From Stylophora pistillata (taxonomy: Eukaryota), in the NCBI RefSeq assembly GCF_002571385.2, contig NW_019218219.1, forward strand, positions 1 to 64,000: a DNA stretch of 64,000 nt. Reading direction: 5' to 3'. Of the stretch, positions 1 to 14,000 are shown piece after piece. Made by a program: the position numbers and the translations under genes. Each line of letters starts with the position of its first letter. Positions within the stretch are counted from its first letter, which is position 1. The notes below the pieces were generated by a model. It was given only the letters and a program-made list of their open reading frames with translations, was not told where the DNA came from and did no database searches.

Positions 1-130
1 GGTAGAGCGCTGCACTAGTATCGCAGAGGTCAGTGGTTCGAATCCCGTACAGGCCTGATTTTTTTCAGGTCTGATTTTCGCTATTACATAAATAGCGCTC
101 TCTACTGCGAGGATCGTGCATCATACGTAA
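1..130 (+). mobile_element. tRNA-derived SINE-like repeat (partial at window edge)
   Basis: GGTAGAGCG...GGTTCGAATCCC A/B-box tRNA-like head; near-identical inverted copy at ~15962-16104. Confidence 0.75.
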
Positions 131-1571
131 AATCTTCTTTATTTTTCATTTCTGTTACATACAGGCTCTTTAATGTGCTTAAAGGAATAACAAGAATTTT
201 GACTATTTTGGCAATTTTGACTATTGAGAAACGTAGTTTATCTGTCCAGCACTATGTAAGTAACAGATATTTCATTGAAGCATAACTTCGAAACAGATCT
301 TGGAAAGGAGGTCGAAAAGCAGTTATCATATCTCTGGGAAAATGCAAGCGCCTTACTTGCTCACTCTACCGTCTGGCCCACTACGTCTGGAAATTTTCAG
401 TTTTCAAAATGTCCCTTGAAGTCGATTTCGAAGAAAAGGTTCGAAAGACCTGTATATAAACATGCAAGAAAACTGGGTAACAAATAAACAAATCCAACAA
501 CTTTCAACTTGGTTTGAACAGGCTTCCAGAGGAAAGCGCTGTAGATAACAAGCGAGAGCAAAGTCAACAAAACAAGGCTGACTCAAGTCACTAAGACTCG
601 ATCTCTGCCTAAAGATCTTTTAGCACCTTTAAGGGAAAAGGCTGTTAATGGCGAAAGTTGTAACAGTTTTTACAAAAGCAGACCGACGGAACGTTCGTAA
701 CGACATGCTCCTCGCGAAACTCTCAATGAATACCCTTTGACAAAATGGCAGTGATTCGTGTGAACCAGATACCATTTCACGTTTCCAAACGAAATGTGGC
801 TCCAAATGATTTGGCTATTGTGAAACTGTTATTACTCGATGAGTTGATTCTGCCTAATTTTTGGGTTATTTCCTTTAAAATGGTATCAATCAAGAGCTCA
901 ATTTTTTTCTGGGCACTTGAAGAATGTTTTTTTGTGTTATAAGTTTACCATAGAAATACCCCGGTCTCTTAGAAACACCCTAAATGTCAGCTTTATGCGC
1001 CCATAACCAAAAAGAGTCTAGTGATCCCATCTTTGAGTGCACTCAGCCAATCAGGACTCATATTTCTGCAAAGTGTTAAGGAAGTTGCAACGTAAGCTCA
1101 AAGGGAAGGCTATTGATTCAGGCCTTGTGATTTGTCAATTTCTTTTAGTAGTTTGAAGACAGTCTATCTGATGGAAGTCTGTAATCTGCATAGCTGTTCA
1201 CTTGAGGGCTAACCCTGATATGATGTCCTGAGCGAAAGCAGTGTGATAGAAGAGAGCGCGTCGATAAGTTTTGTCAATGGAGTCGACTTTGAAAGAAAAA
1301 ATAAATCGTTTCTCCTCGAAAGAAAGAGTCCTCCGTTTCCGTCTAAAACTAGAAACGGTTTAATACGAATCGACGTGTCTAAGCCAATGATTATCCGTTG
1401 CTGTCTCCTCATTTTCTGGTGCTGTACATTAGTACTTGACTGGAAAAGTAATTTGAAAGTCTAAAACATCTACTGGATTAGTAAAATTGATAATTGTGTT
1501 GTCCGTTGAAAGTAACGAGTAAGAACAACTTACCTTATTTCTAGGACTAACAGTTTAGTTTTCTTGTTTAG

Positions 1572-2036
1572 GTTCCAGAAAAGATCAGGAAGAGTGGGTG
1601 GAAGAAAAACCTCCTTACAGAGGCGGCTGATGATGTATTTTGCAAGGAGGTGGCGGTACGTGCTAGTAAGGCGAAGACGGCTGTTCATAAAATACGTGAG
1701 AAAGTACAGAATGGTAAGACTTGGAAGAGTTATAAAACTGAGGTACAATAGGAAATGGATCAGCTTTAAAGGGCGAAGGCGATATAAAAAACTCAAAAGG
1801 AACAGGGTTAGGAAACGAAGACGCAGAAGACGAAGAGCTAGAAGACGACGAAAACGACGAAGGCGACGAAGGAGATACAGACGAAGAAGACGAAGACAAA
1901 GACGAAGACGAAGGCGGAGAAGAATTAGAAGACGAAGAAGACTCATTCTGTTCCGATATGGCAATCGCTGGAGGAAAGTGTTCCGAAGGAAGGGAAGACT
2001 TTTCTTCCGAAGTGGAAAGTTTTTCATGGGTTTCAA
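1572..2036 (+). CDS. Arg-rich gene, exon 1 in window (155 codons)
   Basis: Branch-like GACTAAC, tttag|G acceptor, AA|GTAAGA donor; 68 Arg of 155 residues by hand count. Confidence 0.85.
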
Positions 2037-5000
2037 GTAAGAAAGCATTCTGGTACAGTTAGATGTATTGTAAGAAAACGATGCTGTCTCCGCAATAGCT
2101 CTTACCGCAATGCGTTTTGTTATTGAAATATCCCCCACAAATGAATGAATGTCGCAAGAATTCTTATCTTTTTTTGTTTTCGGTTTTTTTTTTCGATGGG
2201 AGGCCTTTCAACAAAATGAGCTTCTTTCAATGGCAGTATTTTAAACGTATGTATTTTGGTTTAAACTTAAACTCAGGTATTCCAGAGGTACAGTGTATGT
2301 GAGGACGCGGAGGGGACGATGGCGTCTAATCCGAAGGTTACGAAATAGGGTAAAGATCTGGTCGGGACGTCATTGGACTCGTCTAACGGTTCGTCACAGA
2401 AGATTGTGCATTCGTAAAGGAAGGAGGTTCAGAAAGATCAGAATATTGAGAGGAGGTCAAGTCAGAGTGCTATACAGAATAGGTTGGAGAAGAATTGGAC
2501 GGCTACGAAGACAACGGCGAAAGCTCGTCAAACGTAGAAAACGTCTGAGGCGACGACGACGGAGACAACGAAGGAGACGAAGGCGAAGGAGACGGCAACG
2601 ACGACGACAACGACGGCGTCGTAGAAGGCGACGAAGGAGGCGCAGAAAATTGAGAAGGAGGAGACCAAGGTGCGTGATGCGCTACCGGTATGGCCGCAGG
2701 TGGAGACGAATCGTGCGAAGAGGCAGGCGTTTCCTTATCAAAATAGGACGAAGACTGCGGTCATGGAGGTACCATCTAGCAATTATATATTGACAGTTGT
2801 GGGTTGGAGAACTTCTTTAACACTTTCAAAGTAGTTAGGGAACTTGCAATGTAAGGTTTTTAAATATTTGCACTATACATAACCAAATTGACAATTGAAA
2901 AAAGTAAAAGTTCAATTAAGACGAATAGTGTTGGAGATAAGTATGAGAGCGATCTTGGCAGTAACGACCTCTACTTGAGCAGTAGTGAAAATAGTAAGGC
3001 CTAAAAACAAATTCAGGCCTGTACGGGATTGGAACCAATGACATTTGCGATACCGGTGCAGTGCTCTACCAACTGAGCCAACAAACCAACTGGAAGCTGG
3101 TCATTATGTTGGTTCGTAATAAACTCGTGAAGTGATAAGTCACCGGTTGTGAATATATGGAAGTCATATATCTTAACTGCAGTTCAGATATATGATTTCC
3201 ATATATTCCCAAACAGTGTTGGAAATAGTAAATAATGATAATTAACCAACTATTCACCCGGTTAAATTTACTTAATGGAGGGTAGTTTGGTCGGGAATCA
3301 CATCCGTTAGTTGAAAATCGTGAGAACTCAACGTGTGAGTTTGAATTAATATTAAACAGGTATCATTTCTTGTTTCATTTCCCTTCTCTTTTTCTTGCAA
3401 TTTGATGGGTTCCTTCAAAAAAATTCGAAGTTTGACTGGTTAATCGTTTGGTTTTTGTGTTCCATTCCGATGCCACTTAGAGCCAAAAGAAGTGCGAACT
3501 GTGACTAAATTGTCTTGTTCAGAGTCGATCAGATTGCAAGGATAACCAATGATTTTCAAATGCATGTTATGCAGTGCACACTGTTTAAAATCAGACAAGG
3601 ATTAAACCAGGCCCCCCATGAAATAACTGGAGTTATTTTATCTTTTAGACCACGAGGGTCCCGTGTAAAAATTGGACGACGGGGAAGATATCACCCAATT
3701 AATAAACGGCTCAAGGTGAAAGTCGGTCTTGTATGGAGGAGAATAACGCTGAGGCGCCAGAAATTGAGGATCACGTGGGGAAGAAGATCAAGACCTGTGT
3801 TGATAACAAAGAAGCGACTGAAGGTGTTCACCGGGAAAAGATGGAAAACATTAACGAGGCGAAGGAGATATTCAAGAAGAAGAATCCTTCGCAGGAAAAG
3901 GAGGCGACAACGACGGCGAAGAAGGCGAATGAGAAGACGGAGACGAAGGCGACGACAAAGAAGACTGCGGAGGCGGCGCCGAAGGCAACGAAGAAAAATA
4001 AGAAGACAACGAAGAAGAAGGCGCACGCGGCGATCACGATGTGTGTTGCGTATTCGTTATCACGGTCGATTGAGACCAGTGTATCGTAGAGGAGGTCGGC
4101 TGATGATGCGGTTCAATAGGCGATATATGAAAGTGAGGTATGTTGAAAATTCAGTGTTGATCGGACGCTATCATGGACTTTTATGTCGTTAAAAATGGGA
4201 GCTTGTCTTTAAAACTGTGAATCAAAATTGACACATCATTTCAAAGAGAGTTTGTCTGTACACAATTAATTATACAATAGCAAAATTGAATCATATCGGT
4301 GATCATACATTTAAATTGATCGAAGATATTGATCCATAAAGAAACTGTGGTATTGCATCACCTTAATTAACTAAGTTGATAAAGGTAGATAAACCGCTCT
4401 AAACGAAGTCTGACGTTTCAATCGTTACCCTTTTCTCGGAGCAAATTGGGAGACTTTTAGGGTAGAGAATAGAGTAGAGGATCGTTTTCGCAAACATTGG
4501 AGACACCTCAAAGCAACAACCTCAATGCCTCTTTGCTCGTTTTTATTTTCCTGGTAATTTTTTTTTGAAACCATATGTCTGTGGACTATCTTTCCACCAA
4601 AGCAACACAGAATATTGAAAACAACAAAAAGAAACTTTCAAACGATGCTGTTTCTTTACAAATCGACACCGGGCTCTCTTTGGAATTAATGAGCGACTTA
4701 CATTAAATCGATTTGTGTATTCAGGTATCATCTGTTATTCTGTCCACTTCATAGCATAGCTCCACAGAAACGCAACTACACCACCCACAATCCGTAATTT
4801 CCTCGGAAGAAGGGCCAACGCTTGAGATGCCAGCTTTTTAAGAATTTTAATATTTAAACCAGACCTAACATAATTCCGTATCACAATTTTTTAATGATTA
4901 TAAAAATATTCCTCTCATCTTCGAAATTATAGGTACGCGAATCGACGATTATTTATCCGCCGTAAAAATAAATGGGTTCTCCAGACAAGTCCCCGAATAC

Positions 5001-8000
5001 GAGTGTTTGTAGGGAGAAGGTGGGCAAAGCTGCGGCGAATTGGTCGCAGACTTTATGCCAAAGGTAAACAAATCCGATTAACGAGAGGGCGAGTGAGAGT
5101 TTTGACGCGTAAAGGATGGAAAGGACTAAGGTACCGAGGAAGAAGGCGGACAGTAAGGTACTCGAAGAAATACTTGAGGAGGCTAAGAAGGCTACGAAAG
5201 ATGCGACGAAGACAACTCAAAAAGATAAGAAGAAGGAAAAGAAGACGACAACGAAGGCGTAAGCGAAGGCGGCGAAGAAGACGTCGTAGGCGACGTCGTA
5301 GAAGGCGGCGAAGAAGGCGTAGAAGAGGCGGCTATGGAAGACGAGGAAGAAAGAAGAGACTGAGAAGAAGACTCAGGAGAAGAAGACGACGATTTAGGAG
5401 AAAGGCGAGAAGACGACGACGGAGACAAAGGCGACGTCGAAGAAGACGAAGACAGCTTTTGAGGCGAAAACGCCGCTGTGTGCTGCGGTTCCGATATAGA
5501 AGAGGCTGGAGAAGGATCTTCAGATGGAAGAAAAGCTTGGTTTTCCGATTTCACGGAAAACTCCACTATTTAAGGTGAGGAAATCCTGTCTCTTTAGTCT
5601 TTCGATTCATGGTGCTTTACGCAATTTTCTTTAAATTGATTGTCGTTACTATGTACAAAACTGTCTGTTGGTGGATGTCTGGGATTATGGGGCCAAAGGC
5701 TTCCTTGGTATAGTTTCCGTTCAGTTCAGAGGTTCCAGAAATCCTTTTCCGAATAGGTGGGTAAATTCGGGAAGGTGGCCTGGCTTTCCACTGTCTTACG
5801 CTTTAAAATTGATTGGCAAGTGGTAAGCATGTGGAAAGATAAGGGCTTCACAGTTATACTTTAGGAAGTCAGTTTTTTATTGACGCTACAAGGTGAAAAT
5901 CTACGGTTTTTGCTTTATGCTGTTTTATAAGAGAGTGGAAAAAGAGAAGATTAAAAAGAGAAGACTAAAATATCACGATAAATTTATAAGCCTTTAGGAC
6001 ACCTTTCTGACGGAACTATCCATTGCATCGTATCCAACGAATAAAAACGAATTAACAAATCGACAGTGGTTTAGTGTGGTCTGTACCTTTATCGACAAAT
6101 GTGACGACGAATGTCGTTGTCGGGAAGAGTACAGTCCACGCCCACCCACTCTCGACATGTTTTTTACCACAATATCGACTGCAAATGAAAGGATTTTTTC
6201 ATAGCGTGACACATAGCGCGACACGTTGACGCGAGCTGCGTTGTTTCAACTCTTATCAACGACAATAAATTGGCCAATCGGATCGCGACATTACGCCAAT
6301 TGTAGTAAAATTAGAACTGTACCTTCTCTTGTTTCAGTTACCATCGCGGAGTACTCAGGCTCAGGTTAAAAAGAAGATGGATTCTAGTCCGTAATCTGGG
6401 GTATCGCCTGCGAGTCTATATCAGGGGCGTTTGGAGACTGATACGTAAGAAGGGTCGCAACTTGTTTGTTAAATACGGACGCAGATATCGAAGGGTAGGA
6501 CTCTACGGAGGATTTCCTAGAATCAGAATCGGAAAACGTTGGAGGTTAATCAGAAAAAGAGTCAGTAGGAGGACAAGAAAGAGGCGAAGGATCAAGAGAC
6601 GGAGGAGAAGGCAACGAAGAAGGCAAATGAGGCGAAAACGAAGGTACAGGAGAAGGCGAAGACGGCGAAGAATGAGAACACGTAGACAGCTTCGAAGATG
6701 CGTCATGCGAGTCCGCCGTAAACGACGCTGGCTTCCTATCATTAGGGAAAGAGGTGTTTTGAAGATACGATTCGGAAGAGTTTTAAGGCTTATCAGGTAG
6801 TGTAGCAAATGGTTCTTTGATTTTATTGTGACGTACGTATTCGTACTTTCTGGAAGGGTGTTTATTCAAATTGGACAGTCCCTTTCAGTTGGTGTTGTTT
6901 CAACCAATGTGCATTACATGCACTCTTAAATGTTCTATAGTTAGAACCTTGAAAAGTACACAGTGATTGATTGTGATTTCTGTGTATTTAAAGAACTCGA
7001 GTTTCTAAGACAAAACCATTTCTGTGGATCTAATTCATTTTGCTGATAAAGGGCGTATACAGTTAGCTCTAGTGATGACTTCCCTCTGGTCGTGAAAACG
7101 CGAGTGACAGCCACCAGAAACGCCCACTTTTGGAATCATTCTGAGCAAGCTTATCACTGTATACGATGGATAAAGATGAACAGGCTTACTGGAATCATTT
7201 ACTGTCTCGGTGATTTGAGTCTAATAGTGACGAAACAATTACACATTCAATCCAACATTTAAAAAAGCGTCGTTGTGGGAAGTTCGAATTCGAAATAAAA
7301 GTAGCGTCACATAGATTTTTAAATTGTTTTCCTTTTACACATTACTATAAGGTTCACCAGGGGTATAACTTACATCAAGTTTGGAAGGCGTTGGATAAAG
7401 AGAAATTACCAAGTCAACATCCGAATGGGAAGGAAATGGCTGCGAATGGTCCGGTTCGGTCGAAGATTTGGCGTCCGATTCAGAAATAGGATAAGGGTCT
7501 TGAACTTCTATCGGGGCCGACCAAGGATCCGTATGCGTAGACACTGGCGATATATCACAAGGCGAAGAAGAAGAGGAAAACGAGCGAATAGGAGACTACG
7601 GAAAAGGAATCGAAGACGAAGACGAAGGAAGTCCAGAAGAAGACGACGTAGAAGGAGAAGGAGAAGAAGGAGACGAAGAAGGCGAAGGATAAGAAGGCGA
7701 AAGAGGAGAAGAAGACGAAGAAGACAAAAAATAAGGCGACGACGCTGTGTTATGCGCTTCAAGTTCCGAAACCGTTGGAGGAGGCTTGTTCGTAGAGGAA
7801 GAACGTTAGTTTTCCGTACAAGGAGAGGATATGGACGTGTTAGGTAAGACGTTTAAAACTATTGCAAATACTAAGGCCTCCTGAGGCCGTGAGTTCATGA
7901 TTTGTTTCAATTGTATCTACCGTGACTTCAAAAAACAGTCAGAGCAGATATGCGGCTACTATTCTTGAAACTGAAGCGGGAATTTTCAGTATAAAGCAAA

Positions 8001-11000
8001 CTCAAACAGTCATTCAAAAAGTTCAGTGTTATTTTGAAATAGAGTGTAAAAATTATGCAGTCATTTCTTGGAGGCTGGAAACGTTTTCCATCTTAGCCAC
8101 AACGTAAAAACTTTGTGTTTTAGAATCTAACTCTTTGAAGATTTTATTCAGCGAACAAGTCTAATTATCTTGATTATTGCAAGATTTTAATCGAACCTGA
8201 TTTTGCATACCACGAAGCCCTAATCCACGGTTTCCCAAAATGGTTAAGAAGATAATAATTTTATACCAATATGTGTCACTTATAATCCATGAGATCTTTC
8301 TTAAACTTGTTAACCTTGACGCCCTTCTCTGTTTCTATTCATATTACAGGTTCATCAAAGGAAAGGTGATAGTTTACCACATGCGAAGACGACGTGTTCT
8401 TAGAAGAGCAAGACTCCAAGTTCGAATCTCCAAAGTCTGGCGTACGTTACGAAGGTATCGTACAGGCTTCGCTTTCCGTTACAGAAGAGGAATGAGGCTA
8501 TTAAGAATCAAAGGAGGATTACCATTATACCGGTATGGCAATCGTTGGAAGAAACTGAAGAGAAGATGGATTTCTTCTAAGCGAAGAAGAAAGAGGATTA
8601 GGCGCCGAATTATAAGGAAACGGCGACGACTTTTGAGACGTCTGCGTAGGCGACAGAGGAAGCGATACCGACGTAGAAGGAAAGCGTTAAGACGAAGAAG
8701 AAGAAGAAGGAGGAGACGAAGAAGACGCAGAAGGCGACGAATTCGACGAAGGAGGAGAAGAAGGCGACGAGGACGAAAAGGACTCCGTCGTCGTTTCAGA
8801 GGGGTGAAAAGGAGAAAAAGGAAAATACAAAGACTTCGAAGAAGGAAAAGACGTTCAAGAAGGAGAAGAAGACGACGAAGAAGAAGGCGAAGGCAACGAA
8901 GAAGAAGAAGGCGCAGAAGGAGACGAAGAAGGCGAAGAAGAAGTCGTCGACGTAGACGCCGTCGTTGTGTAATGCGTTTCCGTTATAGAAATAAAATGAC
9001 GAAGGTGTATCGTATTGGAAGCAGACTGGTATTTCGCCGAGGAAGAAGATTCATAAGAATCAGGTGAGTATTTTTCTTAGTTGTAGTTTTAAGTGATATA
9101 TATATATATATTCACTATTATTTGGAAAATGATCGGCATTCGGGTTATAAGTAGAGGTTATTTGTTATTAGGCTCTGTTTGGATGATCTAGTTGATTGTA
9201 AGCTGTGGTAGAAAACTGTTTTGATCTTTAGTGTCAAGATCCTAAAAAATAGCTGGCTGTTAGTGTAAAATTCTGTGTTTTTTAAAGCATAGCGTTAAAG
9301 TTTGATAATAAGAGAAATAAATCGTGTTCTACGAGTGAATTAAGTCAGTCAAGTGTGAACAGTAAAGACTCAAGCCATGTTCCAATTCGAATGAAATAGT
9401 TCGCATAGTTGCCTTAAGATTTCGTTATTTTGTAGCACTGAATCATTTAATTGCTTGTTTCTAGTACAAGTTTTCTTTGGCATCAAAAATATGCCCAATT
9501 ACTTCTTATAAAGTTAATTTTTTTTGGCAAAGTTTAAAAAACCTCTAGTGTAAGTTCGAGATCTGGCCTGGTCAATTTGTTGCGTTCTTGGACAAGACAC
9601 GTTACTCTCCCCCGATTAATGGATAGTACCTCTCTCCCCCCCCCTAGGCGTTTTAATGGTACCGGCAAATTGTCAGGGAAGCCTGATGAAATTCTGGGAG
9701 GGTGAGGGAGTGAGGGACTGGCATCGTATCCAGGGGGGAGTAGTAATACTCGTAGTCACTTCATTCCTTGGAAACAGCGATGAGCTCCAGTTGGATGGGC
9801 TAATACGCTCGATTACAGACTTTTACTTTACCTTACCACTTTAATTTTTTGAGAGGTTTAAACTGATCCTCAACCTGTATGGCAGAAATTTCTTAAAGAT
9901 AGAACTTGGCTTGGCTATTGCTTTTCGACAATAAACAAATAAAGCATCATGATAAAGTTTTGGATCATGGCCAAATAAAGCTGAATTAAAGGATGTTTTT
10001 CAAGAGGATGTGTTGCCTTGGTAACGTCTTGTACCAGAGAAGGGACCATAAATTGACGGTTCTGATTAGTTATTTTTTATGATACCGTAATAGGCAAAAA
10101 AGTGGTGATAGTATGGTCCCATCATTAATTGGTTGAAAAAAAATATGGATATCTTTTTAGCCTTCTAAAAGTGTGTCTTTCACGTCACTACTTTCAACTC
10201 TTCGAGTCACGGCTTTCTTTCTCTCTTATGTGATGCTTTTTACATTATTCACAGTTACAGCAGAAGAGGAATAATTATTTATGGAAGAAGAAAGCGAATT
10301 TTGCGGTCTCCCATCGCAAAAGTGCGAGTGAATGGAAGATGGCAAAGATTTTTTTCATATCGTGGTAGAGGGGCGATTGTTTACAAAAGAAGGCGGCCCA
10401 TCTTTAAGGTAAGGCATGGACGGTTCTTGATCAGGATAAAAAGGACCTACAGGAGAATCAGCTCTTACAGTCTACGATACAGGCGCAGAAGGTTGAGGCG
10501 AATACTGAGGAGAAGAAGACGAAGAATCCGGAGACGTAAAAGGAGAAGAAGGCGCCGGCGAAGAAGGAGAAGGAGCAGAAGACAAAAGGGAAGAAGAAGA
10601 AGATTACGACGAAGGCATCAAATACGAAGGCGTGGTTGTGTGATGCGTATTCGATACAGGCGTCGCTGGAGGCTGGTGTATCGAAAACGTGGTCGCCTCG
10701 TAGTGAAAATAGGAAGGAGAGTACGATACGTGCGGTGAGTACTGATGTTAGGAAAGAACTCAACTTGTAGATCATGGACCTAGTATATTAACGTTATCTT
10801 TCAAACCATGGTTTTTTTTAAGATCCTCATATACTCGGTAAAGTTTTACGCGATCCCTATGTCTTTTCCTTGTTTTGGTTTTATGTATTTTATATCTCAT
10901 TTTCCATCCAGTGTCAGTAAAATATCATGTGAAAACCGTTTTCTTCAAGCCCATCTCTATTTGCATAACTCATTTTGATCAGTACAGAATGGTCAACGAA

Positions 11001-14000
11001 CGGAAACGCATACTTTATTCTTTGTTGAGGTCACAAAAAGACGATTTTAGGGCAAAAGTTTCGAGTATCCTAAAACAAATGCTCTTCTGTTTCGATTAAC
11101 AGATACCTGGGTAAAAGGTTGATGTTTAAGCGAAAGAGGAGATGGTACATAGTACGAAAAGCTCAAGTCTGGCTTAGAAGATGGCGCCGCGTACGTTTCT
11201 TTAAGAAACGCTCATACCTGCGGTACAAACTTAAGAACCACAGGTTACTTATCCGCAGTGGAAGAATTCGCTGGCGAACCAAAAGGGGTTGGAAAAAAAT
11301 CAGACCCAGACTGAGAGGCCGACGAGGAAAGCTTAGAAGAAGAAGAACAAGACGCATAGTAAGAAGGCGTAGACGTAGACGGCTTATCCGGCGCAAAAGA
11401 CGAAGAAGACGCCGACGACGAAGACGGCGTCTCAGATGTGTCATCAAAGTAAGATGGCAACGGCGATGGAGATCAGTGTATCGGCGAGGAAAATTCTTGA
11501 GTTTTGTCTATAAACGACAACCAATAAGAGTCAGGTAACCATTTACCTTTTGACGGCGAAGTATGTGTTCTGTTCTTTAGGTATTTTTAATGCTGACTTG
11601 AAAATTTCACCACAGAATCTGCCAATACACATTTTATTTCTGTTGCTGGGCTGTGAATTGAGTTTGCTGATTGATTTACCTCATCATCTTCATCATCGTT
11701 ATCATCATCGTTATCATCATCTTTCAAAGAATGGCGGATGGTGAGGAAGAGAGATAACTTCACAAGTATTCTCAAAGACAAATATTTTCAGTTTGAAAAT
11801 TGAGTGAAATACAGGGGTGAACTGACAGATTAAAAAGAGAGATTGGAAACGTTTGGTTCTGTCATTACAATAAACTTTATAAATGCGCAGCTTTTTTGAA
11901 AACATTTATAAACTTTTAAGCTCAGTCACAAATGAAACTTAATTTTTAAATTTTTGTCATCCCGATGTTCAGGTTTTACAGGAGGCAGTTCCAATATAGA
12001 TTCGGACGGCGATGGCGAACTGTAAGAAATCCACAAAGAAGCGTTCGAGTTTTTTACAAAGGGTGGCGTAGAGTACGAGTACGAGGAAGAGAAGTATACC
12101 TTCGGGTAGGTCGAAGAATGAAAAGGTTGAAACTCCGCAGATGGGGAGTGACAATGCGACGGTTCCGTCGATGGGTACCCTTGCAGAGATATAGACGAGG
12201 AAGGAGAGCAGGGCGGATGCGTAGAAAACTAAGAAGGAAGAGAAGAAGGAGGCGAAGACGAAGACGAAGAAGACGAAGACGAAGAAGACAGAGGCGTCGA
12301 AGGAGACGACGCCGCCGAAGGAGAAAAGTTAGGAGAACCGTTCAACGGATCATATTCCGTTACCGCGGTAAATCAAGGGTTGTATACCGAAGAGGAAACA
12401 GATTCATATTCCGCTACAAGGGAAGGATACGGCCAGTCAGGTATAACATCAAGATTTCGGTTTTCGTTTCTTGAAGTACTTTCCGATTTGTAAGAGCGAG
12501 TCTGAAGTCGAGTCATTTTATTGCTCCTACTTTATTATCTTATTCTACTTCTTCTAGTCATGGTTGTCGTCTATAAGTGACTTAATTGATTTTTTTCTTT
12601 TCATCGTTTCATATTCCTACGCGGCATGCATAGTTACTGACTGCCCACACTTTTTATAATTCTCTGTCCTTTGGCACCTAGTACTGTTTACAAACGAAAC
12701 ATCTGATTCGGTAAATTGGTGGTCTGATAAGTTCTTGGAGTGTTTTATGTGCGGAAGTCAGTAAATTACATTGTTATCTCGTAAAAGTTAACGAGACTGT
12801 CATTTTCATGGTCTACAGATTATATATCTCCAAAATGTGGAACTAATGGTTTTTAGACTTAGCTGAAAAGTTTCCCTAAATTGAGACATCCTAGGGTTTT
12901 TATCGCATTTTAATACTAACGATGAATATTTCCCACTAGTTTTAATTCATGTTGATCTCTCCTTAATGTGCAAGTTAGTTTCTGCGTTAAAAGCAGAGGC
13001 CAGATTTCTTCAATCTGTAGGCTATATTTTTACACAAGATAATTCATCTTGGTCAATTGGTTGTGGTCCTTGTAAATTAATTGTTGACTTGACCTGTAAA
13101 TGCGCTGATTGTTTTATTTCTCCTTCGTAGTATGACTGAGTTACTCCTTATATTCTGATTTGTATACAGATTCCGTCGTAACGGCGTGTTCTTCTATTAT
13201 GGACGGAAATGGAGAAGGTTTTATGGAAAGACTATGATCAGGTTACGTGGAGTGTACAGGAATGTACGATTTTATAGGAAAAAATTCTGGGTTTTCTTCC
13301 ACAACCGGAAGACAAGAATAGCTTTCAGAAGGGGAAGGGTGCGTTTACGTGTCGGGAACCGTTGGAGAAGAGTCAGGAGGCGTAGACGATATAGAAAACG
13401 ACGAGGAGTAGGGCGTCGTTGGAGAAGGAGGCGAAGATTAATCAGACGTAAGAAACGAAGACGAAGAAGGAGATTACGAAGGAGGCGTAGAAAAAGGAGA
13501 CGATACCGTCGTAAGTTGAATTACATACGACGAAAGAAACGGGGAAGCCGATTGCGCTTTTACTGGCGGCGCAGGTGGCATACAGTATTCCTATATCATG
13601 GAAAGTACACGTTCACGTACCTTGGAAGGCAAAGACGATTAAGGTATCTTCATACATACTATCTAATGTAACTAGAGAGCCAAAATTGTATTAAAAGAGA
13701 GCAAGAAAATCAGTAGATTATTAATTTAATCAGTGAATAAATAATGTTTTTTCATTCGCCCAATAGTTTAATATTCATGTATCTGAACATAGCTACTTCC
13801 TCTTGATGTTTTTACTTTACTTATCCCTTCCGATACTTTTCTTGCTTAACTAGATTCCGTCGAAGTCTTATTTACGTGAGAGGGAAACGGAAGACTTGGC
13901 ATAAGGTACTGAAAACCTCCAAACGCCTAAAAGTTCTAGTGAGACGATGGCGCCGTGTGCGAAAATATAAAAAAGGCTGGAGAATTATTTACAAAAGGAG

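Noticed and set aside
1-60. Functional tRNA genes here and at ~14865, ~16125, ~26005 and ~53900
   Set aside because: They are embedded in longer repeated units with tails, TSDs or inverted copies, so they are SINE-type heads. A tRNAscan-SE run would be decisive.
11550-11781. His-rich and Asp-rich short ORFs
   Set aside because: Translation of an intronic (CAT)n tract.
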